Shown here: in pieces, positions 22,301-28,705 of the stretch | How the letters are laid out: the number at the start of each line of letters is the position of its first letter | How positions within the stretch are numbered: the first letter of the stretch is position 1 | Origin: a virus | Taxonomy: Duplodnaviria > Caudoviricetes | Length of the DNA stretch: 64,000 nucleotides | Reading direction: 5' to 3' (one strand) | Virus record (IMG/VR): IMGVR_UViG_3300002092_001784 | Coordinates: 202,154 to 266,153 of that record | Program-made: the position numbers and the translations under genes | Notes under the pieces: generated by a model | Told to the model about the DNA's origin: nothing | The model's database searches: none | Seen by the model: the letters and a program-made list of their open reading frames with translations, nothing else

Positions 22301-23816
22301 AACTGGAGGATTGACATGGGATGGTACATCATTAGCTATCACTGGGAGTATAAAATCAACGTCTGGTGTAATTGGTGGTTGGAATTTGGGAGTATCTACA
22401 TTATCAGGCACTAATATGGTTTTGACTTCTGGTACAACACCATCTATTTCAATCGCACAAGCTAGTCCAGCGTATAACACTAGTGGTGTATTTATGGGAT
22501 ATAATGGTACTAGTGGGTTATTATCATTGGTAGGTGGTTCTAATTCATTTGTATGGAATGGCTCAGCATTGGCTATAAATTCCGGCACATTCGCATTGGA
22601 TTCTACGGGAAAGGTGACCGCCACAAATGGTTCATTTTCGGGTACGGTGAATGCATCCAACGGTAGTTTTACTGGAACTGTTTTTGCATCTGGAGGTAAT
22701 ATTGGTGGTTGGAATATAAATTCAACTCAAATTACTATTCCAAACTCAATAACATTAGATTCATCAACAAAACAAATTATATTAAATGATTCGGCTGGGA
22801 CTCCGAGAGTTACATTGAGTACCAATGCAAGTTTATCTAATTTAATAGCAGGTGGAACTGGTGCTAGTGGTACTAAAACTTTAGGACAATTAGCTGCAAA
22901 TGCATCAACAAATGTAGAATACACTTCCGCTGCTGTTGCTACAATTACATCAACAACTTCCGGAAAGGTATATACCGTAACAGCCACAACGACAGGAAAT
23001 AATGGACAGACATTTTGGCAAATAACCGCACCAAGTACCACCGCAATGAGTACAAATGGTGGTTCGTATCGAATATATTTATTTAACGGTACTACAAGCA
23101 TTAATGTACTTACGTTTAATACTACTGGTTTGGCTGGCAATACACCACTTACTCAAACTTTTCAATCGGATGGAGCTACCAATACAGTATCATTTACTGG
23201 AGATGGTACAACATGGAATTTATATGTTGCCGCATCTATTATATTTTCACCAACAACCGGTGTAAATACATTATTAAACAATCCGGCATTTAATTGGTCT
23301 TGGGCAAATCCAATTGGAGCAACTGAAATATTGGCAGGCGGTATGCAAGTTGTATATGATTCGACTCACTATGTACAGATGCCACGTACCGGTGCAGCAA
23401 CAACTTTGGTAGTTGCCGGAAACATTACTGCAACTGGAACTATTACACCTGGGACATCTGATAGAAGATTAAAAACTAATATAATTAATATAGATGGCGC
23501 ACTTGATAAACTGAATAAAATAAATGGAATTTATTTTAATTTTAATGATATTGCAAATAATTTTGTACCATTTTATGGAAATAAAAAACAAATAGGTGTA
23601 ATCGCACAAGAAGTTAGTGAAATATTTCCTGATATTGATGGTATTGCACCACTTGCGCCATTTGATAATGATGGCAATGATAATTCTAAATCCGGTCAAA
23701 ACTATTTAACAGTTCAATATGAAAAAATAGTTCCACTTCTTATAGAAGGTATCAAAGAATTGTCCAAAAAAGTAGATGATTTACAATTTCAAATAATCAG
23801 TGGCTCAAAAATATAA
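13383..23816 (+). CDS. Giant tail fibre/adhesin with repeated beta modules and C-terminal peptidase S74 intramolecular chaperone
   Basis: 3477 aa, Ser/Thr/Gly-rich. It has repeated ~230-aa modules, GGW(T/N)I repeats and TSDRRLKTNI...IGVIAQEV...VQYEKIVPLLIEGIKEL at 23457-23816. Confidence 0.88.
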   Translation: MARIKKYSPNIDPHLTNYATFIVDTNPNSDYFKITEFKEAFTGGKNGFLIEGSEHLLETTEIKIEILDVDGNPIYYEPGQGVPEYYEGLSKVVAVYIYEDTPIGTAKITILGELKTYNTNGVVQTIPAEWQNLYNVKWEKTFKVNRLLSNEDKVRFYKRPQVQIEELVKPLYSTTLNQITQNGIVNGTPLSPVEGQDLTNYKLATFYRLTATDTTAWTGSIVGTSLSFPDINYYPLADEVINTNELIVSTPYTSGSIVQSFVSQSYTASFSLLSGISASTVTGSFAKMTISDLTTFVGDVARVKVFRLSASDVGDYQFVQEVVLESNELLVDLNTTNSLQEYYGIFTQPILETYWVTSSNNLVTTFDQSYLYDSARFNGTDIPNYFYTVDTIPITAGVEYTLDFNVRLSQNVSSSYYISAFLSGSRQTTVNGIPTTIQINQPIATINSSDSLLQKSTSTSNINAESIDNAKLYFEIVGSGWYIANVSFKASQETAFSPDVISFIQSVPRSLPTETFNYRFEFYDINNNYIPVKVEASKTFTGGNQQALTKTLRLLPNNLYFQFDSASKAVPPTTINFNIQSTGITSSFNYTSRSFDISGFPVSQSLYIGGQYPGLLQFDSSSNAYLTVGNFTGSNPAVSVQYIEYTVESEGVTDSTVITKMVSGASGLPGADGAPAVTYTIRPYNGTAIRNSSTASLEVQAVKTIGSADILLSSTAIDNAGIVKLHVLSGSKYIPLDSASAAGYVVGLKTGSIGTHEINYNPIFYRESITNEIVLYLMPASANPLPSQIYTSLTLQDLQDGLNPGSLSTTGDMLTSDYTVSTVFSPTKGAATASFFLRGTTTNPIVACVDVYPSMSYDSNFLPRYWLYYTTGSVNPTISVQAVDDNKNIVQMGALGSYTADLAKQSKNISFTFTYTEPYTQATATANKTFTIVPSARAGYDAVSFELTPPTIVLNADAKGNILDYSPTITDLRVKQGVNYLTFTGSGAGGTFYTSSAITSVNITKGTLSSSTASLHLGVASNSTKLSGSITYPITYHPFFTQSSYTTTITQPISTVLAGAPPINIIVSPSAYNFTGDQNGVINNYTGSNTKIQIQEGTDYLVYTTTPGPGTFQLSSATFNNITASSIVGSGNTVNVTGFSNMNPLITTASVNYNFVVHPYSIYPGYSIGTSSLSTTQIFTRVNAGPTGSSGTSGADPVVITINPTTVVLGADPMGVVTGSGYLPTVTDITLMQGTRYLAFTSSKQTGSFYTSSAIVGAGITVGQLSGSYTASLHLGTASLMVTGSSLTASITYPLVIYPYNSSSYTTTVTQQITKAVQGGYPITVNLNPTAVSLPADYTGHITDYTPANTQITVTEGPHSSVFTASGAPGTFQMLAAIADGWSSYPSPAVGDNTLTASYSGSTATGNWVMADNIDAASINYLMLVYPYSLTSYATLVSKTQTFSKSKAGAAGVSGTSGNSAKTLMLSATSQIFTKSKTGTISPSAIGFTAKKQNLTGTTTFQSNPSGLLSSIVGDTAVLTSTDFGSNTSVAITASVVDGATTYYDYMTVALVSDGGNALTAVLSNEAVGIPADYSGNVLSYNGSGTVIYLYEGSTQLDYTASNSFNNGSWTVSAASVGINDAVITDTGTTATVSDYTQMGYGINNATVTFTITGRTQNGSLFSALSKTQVITKVLQGISAKNLSINASSFTFSSNAVGAVTPTSILFSATKQNITAPVTYTSVPSATFTNLVNDTATLTYSNFSSAVGSATSLIVTASCTDGAVTYYDYTTISLIKDGTNTLTPVLSNEAVAIPVDSSGNVISYAGTGTQLYVYQGTTPLNYVLQFPTASGYWTAVPIGTNIIVSSGVSGDISASYADYSGLTVGATGATVNFIISGTGLNGSSFSGLSKLQTIATVKSGTSGTAGSSGTAGSSGTAGSSGTAGLSGRVLRLTTPSQVFTKLKTGVITPTSISLTAIPQNIVGTSAYATFYSSSVVPAGPMSVVGNVATITSANFTGSSGTNASMIVTASMYDTTTLTTYSDYMTVALVTEGSDAITAVLSNEAVAFASDINGTISPANYAGSGTKIYVYQGATQLDYTGSSPTASSWTTVATVNGINSPVITDGGTFAVIADYTSMTSDAASASFAITGYGQNGSSFSPITKIQSFVKAKSGTNGTAGSSGTAGLSGRVLRLASPSQVFTKLKTGAITPTSITLTANTQNIAGTNSPSGLAGKTLTLTSGTVPQIFTKTGTTLSPTQMVLTANPQNIVSASGTFVTFTTSSVGSAGPLTIVGNVATLPSASMGANTYMGITASMYDITTGATYSDYITVPVVVSSATTITPVLTNEYHLVPVDNNGGVISLAGSGTSIYVYQGATALTYVTGPTTANGQWTMTAVANGVSSPVIGGSGTTFATIGQYSSMTANTATVTFTISGKQSGGTAFGPITKTQTLLQVKSDISDVATFTFSSITPAGPLNIIGNNATITSANFTGSAGNNTAMVVTASIYDTATNSNYYDYMTVALVNEGTDGITAVLSNEAQTFASDINGNVLASSFVGSGTNIYVYQGATQLQYTGSSPTASSWTVVATPTGMSTPSITDGGTFAVVADYTSMTSTADSASVSFAITGYGQNGSSFSPITKIQSFTKARSGTNGTAGTAGTAGANAVVITMTPPAQSVPYSSSYGTPVTVQVSVVENGTAYTPTTANPLTVNSTYRITAVSGCTVNAVTGVVTPTTPSALTGTTAVFSVQYRDSKGIISGTINQTHIVTVVPSGDPGPGVVYRGAYVSTVVYYYTPTRRDVVSYGGVYYLANNTAKSGTNGWATPTGTGDWANFGATFTSVATDILFAQDVYANRTINIGASGATPVIALNSDNAGAGANPSIRISNSGYNTTGIFIGYDLTVPKLSLKSAGGSYLTWDNSSLTISGSITATNGTVGGWTIGSTALQSPAVSPKAVLTAGSTPSLSLGQSTIGYGNVGVFLGYTGTIAQLSLSGSTGGLTWDGTSLAITGSIKSTSGVIGGWNLGVSTLSGTNMVLTSGTTPSISIAQASPAYNTSGVFMGYNGTSGLLSLVGGSNSFVWNGSALAINSGTFALDSTGKVTATNGSFSGTVNASNGSFTGTVFASGGNIGGWNINSTQITIPNSITLDSSTKQIILNDSAGTPRVTLSTNASLSNLIAGGTGASGTKTLGQLAANASTNVEYTSAAVATITSTTSGKVYTVTATTTGNNGQTFWQITAPSTTAMSTNGGSYRIYLFNGTTSINVLTFNTTGLAGNTPLTQTFQSDGATNTVSFTGDGTTWNLYVAASIIFSPTTGVNTLLNNPAFNWSWANPIGATEILAGGMQVVYDSTHYVQMPRTGAATTLVVAGNITATGTITPGTSDRRLKTNIINIDGALDKLNKINGIYFNFNDIANNFVPFYGNKKQIGVIAQEVSEIFPDIDGIAPLAPFDNDGNDNSKSGQNYLTVQYEKIVPLLIEGIKELSKKVDDLQFQIISGSKI
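19089..19154 (+). repeat. 18-nt tandem repeat encoding (GTAGSS)n
   Basis: GGTAC(A/G)GCAGGTAGTAGT occurs three times plus a partial copy. Confidence 0.9.
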
Positions 23817-23859
23817 AACATATATATTTATATACAGTTATAACTAAAACAAATAATTT

Positions 23860-24147
23860 ATGGCATTAAAGACAGAAGAATTAAAAAGGGATATTTACGA
23901 AAAGATTATCTCAAACCAACAATCCGCAAATGAAGCAATTTCATTGTTAGGACAGATACATCTTAAAATTAAAGAATTGAAAGATGGTATCAAACAGTTG
24001 GAATCTGAACAGTTATCCAATGAATCTAAATTTATACAGTCAGACAAAACTCTAACTGAAATTATACGTTCTTTGGAATTAAAATATCCAAACGGAGAGA
24101 TTGATCTAAAAACAGGTACAGTAACTTACGATTCTGACCAACAATAA
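23860..24147 (+). CDS. Small coiled-coil protein, possible fibre-associated chaperone
   Basis: Heptad-rich 95-aa ORF directly after the tail fibre gene with its own late motif. Confidence 0.5.
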   Translation: MALKTEELKRDIYEKIISNQQSANEAISLLGQIHLKIKELKDGIKQLESEQLSNESKFIQSDKTLTEIIRSLELKYPNGEIDLKTGTVTYDSDQQ

Positions 24148-24179
24148 TTTGGAAATGTGAAATATTTTTAGTATCTTTG
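24148..24179 (+). promoter_or_regulatory. Consensus Bacteroidota primary sigma promoter (TTTG-N20-TATCTTTG)
   Basis: TTTG at 24148-24151 and TATCTTTG at 24172-24179 with a 20-nt spacer, 24 nt before the glycosyltransferase ATG. Confidence 0.8.
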
Positions 24180-24203
24180 TACTAATAACTATACTTAAAA
24201 TTT

Positions 24204-26378
24204 ATGCGCAAACAAAAGTTACTTTACGTTGCACCTCATTTATCTACGGGTGGACTTCCACAATATCTTTATAAACAAATAACACATTTTAGTGATGAAT
24301 TTGAAATCGAAGTTGTGGAAGTCCATAATATGGGCGGTGAGGTATTTGTAGTTCAAAAGAACCGAATACGAAATACCGTTCCACTTCACACTCTTGGTGA
24401 AAACAAATCTGAAATATTGGATATTATAACTCAGTTTCAACCCGATGTTATACATTTTCAAGAAATACCCGAATATGATATTGCTACTAATATTTTGGAT
24501 ACTATTTTCTCAAAAAATAGAAAGTATTTCATTATAGTAACCACACATGGTTCTAATACCAATCCAGAAACAATATCATACCACCCGGACAAATACGTTT
24601 TAGCATCCGAATGGAGTAGACGACGGTTTGAAATAACTGGAGTGCCAACCGATGTATGGGAGTATCCAATATATGATATTCGTACTGAAATTGGACTGAC
24701 CAAAGAAGAAGCACAACGGAAATTAGAATTAGACCCGACATGGAAGCATGTACTTAATGTTGGATTATTCACACAAGGTAAAAATCAGGCAGAGATATTT
24801 GCTATGGCTAGGCAGTTGGAAAAATATAAAATAAAATTCCACTTTGTTGGCAATCAGGCGGGTAATTTTGAATCATATTGGAAACCTCTAATGGATTATA
24901 AGCCAGATAATTGTGTTGTGTGGGGTGAACGAACTGATACTGATACATTTTATGCGGCATGTGATTTGTTTTACTTTAGTTCTAAATTGGAATTGAATCC
25001 GTTATCGGTTAAGGAAGCGCTTTCATTTGATATGCCATGCCTTTTCCGCAAATTAGAAACTTATTTGGACAGCTATGATAATAATGAACTTGTCACATAT
25101 ATAACAGATGATGTAAACATAACCAAACGAATCCTATTGGAAAAACTACAACCGGAATTAAATGAAGTTGTTGGGTGGTTTTCATATGATTATCTATATG
25201 ATAGTATGGTTAATTCTGTCAAAACTCCAGTTGAATTTGTTGAGGTTGGTGCATGGCTGGGTAAATCTACAAACTATATGGCAACTCGCATTAGGGAATC
25301 GGGAAAACCAATTCATTTTACAACAGTTGATACTTGGAAAGGTACGGATGATGAAGAACTACATCAGAATATAGTAAATACGTTTAACGGTGATATTTTT
25401 TATGAATTTATTGATAACACAGTTATATCTAAAAACTACGGAACATTTGATTGTATAAAAGATACATCGGAGAACGCTTCAAAACTGTTTGCAAATAATT
25501 CGATTGATTTTATTATGTTGGATGCTGGTCATTCATATGAATCGGTTAGAGATGATTTGAAATATTGGTATCGTAAAGTTAAACCCGGAGGAATTATTTC
25601 TGGAGATGATTATCGTATTATGTTTGAGGGAGTAACTAGGGCAGCCGATGAATACTTTTACGGACAAGTTGAACATTCAAACCTTCAATTTGTTAGAAAA
25701 AAACCAAAGATTCAAATTTTACACCTATTGACCAGACCCGATGATATGAGGGAGAGGGTTAGTATTGCTTCGTTAAAACAGTTGGAACAGTACGGTATGA
25801 AATATACTCAAATGGTTAATACACCTTATGATGGGTTGCCGCCAAAAGAACATTGTTCGAGACCCGATGCAATAAGTGATACTCCTAGGTACTTAGGAAA
25901 CGGATTTGGAACTATAACTGGTAGACACTATGGCTGTTATCTTGCTCATAGGGGAGCGTTAGAAGCAATGAGTGATGAGTATGATTATACTCTTATATTT
26001 GAAGCAGATGCTTTCATTTATACCGGTCTGGAAGAATTTGTGGATATTGTACATAAAGCCTGTTTCATATCTGAACGGGATAATGTACCTTATATCGGTT
26101 TGGCGAATAATCCATCGTGGAATAAATGGGAAGTTGATGGATTGTTTAGTAAAACAGATTACAATCAGGATTTAGCACACTGTTACCTAATACCAAATCG
26201 TGAAAAAGATTGGTGGATGGACAGAATTGAAGATATTCCTTGGGATGTGGCTGATTTATGGTATAATAATGTTTTTCTTAACAGACCACGTCCTCGTTAT
26301 ACTACAAATAAAATGTATAGTAAACAGGCAGAGGGATTTTCACTTTTAGATCAAACAGTTAAAACTTGGAATGAATGA
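24204..26378 (+). CDS. Three-domain protein: GT-B (GT4-like) glycosyltransferase, SAM methyltransferase, GT25-like glycosyltransferase
   Basis: HLSTGGLPQY...FYAACDLFYFSSKLELNPLSVKEA (GT4-like), FVEVGAWLGKST...MLDAGHSYE...PGGIISGDDY (class I methyltransferase), GCYLAH...LIFEADA (GT25-like). Confidence 0.75.
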   Translation: MRKQKLLYVAPHLSTGGLPQYLYKQITHFSDEFEIEVVEVHNMGGEVFVVQKNRIRNTVPLHTLGENKSEILDIITQFQPDVIHFQEIPEYDIATNILDTIFSKNRKYFIIVTTHGSNTNPETISYHPDKYVLASEWSRRRFEITGVPTDVWEYPIYDIRTEIGLTKEEAQRKLELDPTWKHVLNVGLFTQGKNQAEIFAMARQLEKYKIKFHFVGNQAGNFESYWKPLMDYKPDNCVVWGERTDTDTFYAACDLFYFSSKLELNPLSVKEALSFDMPCLFRKLETYLDSYDNNELVTYITDDVNITKRILLEKLQPELNEVVGWFSYDYLYDSMVNSVKTPVEFVEVGAWLGKSTNYMATRIRESGKPIHFTTVDTWKGTDDEELHQNIVNTFNGDIFYEFIDNTVISKNYGTFDCIKDTSENASKLFANNSIDFIMLDAGHSYESVRDDLKYWYRKVKPGGIISGDDYRIMFEGVTRAADEYFYGQVEHSNLQFVRKKPKIQILHLLTRPDDMRERVSIASLKQLEQYGMKYTQMVNTPYDGLPPKEHCSRPDAISDTPRYLGNGFGTITGRHYGCYLAHRGALEAMSDEYDYTLIFEADAFIYTGLEEFVDIVHKACFISERDNVPYIGLANNPSWNKWEVDGLFSKTDYNQDLAHCYLIPNREKDWWMDRIEDIPWDVADLWYNNVFLNRPRPRYTTNKMYSKQAEGFSLLDQTVKTWNE

Positions 26379-27532
26379 GTATTTACGATAACTTAAAAAA
26401 GAATAATAATAATATAGTTCAAGTTACAAAAGTAAACGATGCAACTATTCATTTTGTGAAAGGACCTTTTGTAGAAATTACAGGCCCAAAGCAAGCCGAT
26501 TATCGAATTGATTTTATTGATAATAATACGGGTAATATATTATATAGCGGAACGCAGAGTAATAATATGTGGTCTAAATGTAATATTGAATATTTTGTAG
26601 ATTGGAAGATTGTAATTTATGAAAATGGTGTATTATGGAAAGAATACCATTATGATGTAAACGGTAAGCATGTTTATATTGCATTGGATTCAAAAGCATT
26701 GGGTGATACGTTGGGCTGGTTTCCAATGGCTGATGAATTTAGAAAAAAACATAATTGCCGTTTAAGTGTATCCACATTCAACAATAAATTGTTTAGGGGT
26801 CAATACCCCGATATTAAATTTGTAGAACCGGGAGAAGTTGTAGATAATATTTACGCAATGTATACATTGGGATTGTTTTACAATGAAGATGGCTCGTTGA
26901 ATATGTTTATGCACCCTAATAATCCACGTGAACAACCAATGCAGAAAATGGCATCTGATATATTGGGATTAGAATATAAAGAGGTTCGTCCAAAGTTAAG
27001 AACTCGTCCAATCAATATAGATAAAGATTCTAAGCAGATTACGGTAGGTTTATTTGGAACGGCTCAAGCCAAATTTTGGAATAATCCAAACGGATGGCAA
27101 GAAGTTGTGGATTGGTTAAAGGGTAGAGGGTATACTGTTAGGGTATTATCCAAAGAACCTGATAACTATATGGGAAATCGAATACCAAAAGGTGTAATTC
27201 AACAGGGTGAAGCTCCATTGGTTGATTTAATGGATGAAATGCGGCAATCTAAAGCATTTATTGGAATCGGTAGTGGGTTGAGTTGGTTGAGTTGGGCATT
27301 GAATGTACCAACTGTTCTGATTAGTGGGTTTTCATACGATTGGGCTGAAATGCAAGATTGTATAAGAATATCAGCACCAGCTGGAAAATGCCAAGGTTGT
27401 TTTAATCGGTTGAGATTGGATGCCGGTGATTGGCATTGGTGTCCCGATCATAAAGATACGCCAAAACATTACGAGTGTACAAAAACCATAACAAGCGATA
27501 TGGTTATAAAAGAATTGGAAAAATTTCTATAA
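26375..27532 (+). CDS. aah: Aah/TibC-family protein O-heptosyltransferase
   Basis: N-terminal beta domain IDNNTGNILY, catalytic-type ALGDTLGWFP, FIGIGSGLSWLSWA, and four-Cys metal site C-x2-C-x13-C-x11-C (CQGC...WCPDH...YECTK). Confidence 0.85.
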   Translation: MSIYDNLKKNNNNIVQVTKVNDATIHFVKGPFVEITGPKQADYRIDFIDNNTGNILYSGTQSNNMWSKCNIEYFVDWKIVIYENGVLWKEYHYDVNGKHVYIALDSKALGDTLGWFPMADEFRKKHNCRLSVSTFNNKLFRGQYPDIKFVEPGEVVDNIYAMYTLGLFYNEDGSLNMFMHPNNPREQPMQKMASDILGLEYKEVRPKLRTRPINIDKDSKQITVGLFGTAQAKFWNNPNGWQEVVDWLKGRGYTVRVLSKEPDNYMGNRIPKGVIQQGEAPLVDLMDEMRQSKAFIGIGSGLSWLSWALNVPTVLISGFSYDWAEMQDCIRISAPAGKCQGCFNRLRLDAGDWHWCPDHKDTPKHYECTKTITSDMVIKELEKFL

Positions 27533-27533
27533 T

Positions 27534-27941
27534 ATGAAAGTGTGGATGAATGGTTGTTTTGATGTGTTAGGGCATGGACATTTCAAATTGATAAATCATG
27601 CAGCATCAATCGGAAATGAAGTTGTAATTGGTATTGATACGGATAGACGAGTAAAAATTCTAAAAGATGATACTCGTCCATACCATACAGCAGAAGAACG
27701 AAAGTTCAATTTATTATCAATACGAGGTGTTGATAGGGTAATCATATTCGATTCTGCTGAAGAATTGGCAGAACTTATAAAAACCGAAGCACCTGATATT
27801 TTTTTAATAGGCGAAGATTATATTGGAAAACCGATAGTAGGTGCCGAATACGCCAAAGAAATACATTATTTTCCTAGGCAAGAACGATTGAGTACAACAA
27901 AAATTTTACAAAATGGAAAAGAAAATATTAGTAATTGGTGA
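27534..27941 (+). CDS. rfaE2: HldE/RfaE domain II-like heptose-1-phosphate adenylyltransferase
   Basis: MNGCFDVLGHGH...GIDTD...K..RP...ER...VDRVIIF...IGEDY...STT. The HxGH motif is atypical. Confidence 0.75.
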   Translation: MKVWMNGCFDVLGHGHFKLINHAASIGNEVVIGIDTDRRVKILKDDTRPYHTAEERKFNLLSIRGVDRVIIFDSAEELAELIKTEAPDIFLIGEDYIGKPIVGAEYAKEIHYFPRQERLSTTKILQNGKENISNW

Positions 27942-28659
27942 ATCATGTACGGATGTATTTGTGTATGGTAGTTCAATCCGAAAATCACCTGAAGGTAAAG
28001 GACCAGTATTAGTTCCAACTTCAGAAGTTTATTATTCGGGTATGGCGGCAAATACCTATAATAATCTATTGGCATTGGGAATGGATGCTGCATTATTTTC
28101 TCAAAATTCAGAAATTATAAAAACAAGATATATTGATGATGCGAGTGGTGAATTGTATCTACGAATAGATGAATATGATTCGACAAATCCAATTCAAATG
28201 GAATATTTGCCTGATTTGTCCCAATATGATGCCATCGTTATTTCTGATTACAATAAAGGATTTTTAACAGAACAAAATATACAAACAATCGCATCTAAAC
28301 ACCCATTGGTAATATTGGATACAAAAAAACAACTAGGTGCTTGGTGTAAAGATGTTAAATTCATTAAATTGAATAGAACGGAAAGTGAAAAAAACTTACA
28401 AACTATTTTAAGTTATAATTGGTTGCGTGAGAAGGTGATAAGTACATTGGATAAGGATGGGGCATCATATATGAATAGATTGGTTACCGCAAAACCAGTA
28501 GATGTAGTAGATATATCGGGCGCAGGAGATACTTTTGTTGCTGGGTTTATTAAAGAATACTTAGAATCCAACGATGTATTCAAATCAATCGAATTTGCTA
28601 ATGAATGTGCGGCAATAGTAATTGCTCAAAGAGGTATTACTACCATACAAAAGGATTAA
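27913..28659 (+). CDS. rfaE1: HldE/RfaE domain I-like heptose-7-phosphate kinase (PfkB family)
   Basis: ILVIGESCTDVFVYG...R.SPE, GMAAN, IVISDYNKG, KLNRTE, DISGAGDTF. Confidence 0.85.
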   Translation: MEKKILVIGESCTDVFVYGSSIRKSPEGKGPVLVPTSEVYYSGMAANTYNNLLALGMDAALFSQNSEIIKTRYIDDASGELYLRIDEYDSTNPIQMEYLPDLSQYDAIVISDYNKGFLTEQNIQTIASKHPLVILDTKKQLGAWCKDVKFIKLNRTESEKNLQTILSYNWLREKVISTLDKDGASYMNRLVTAKPVDVVDISGAGDTFVAGFIKEYLESNDVFKSIEFANECAAIVIAQRGITTIQKD

Positions 28660-28705
28660 AATACTATTCTGATATATTTATACTCAAACATATTATGCTT
28701 AAAAT

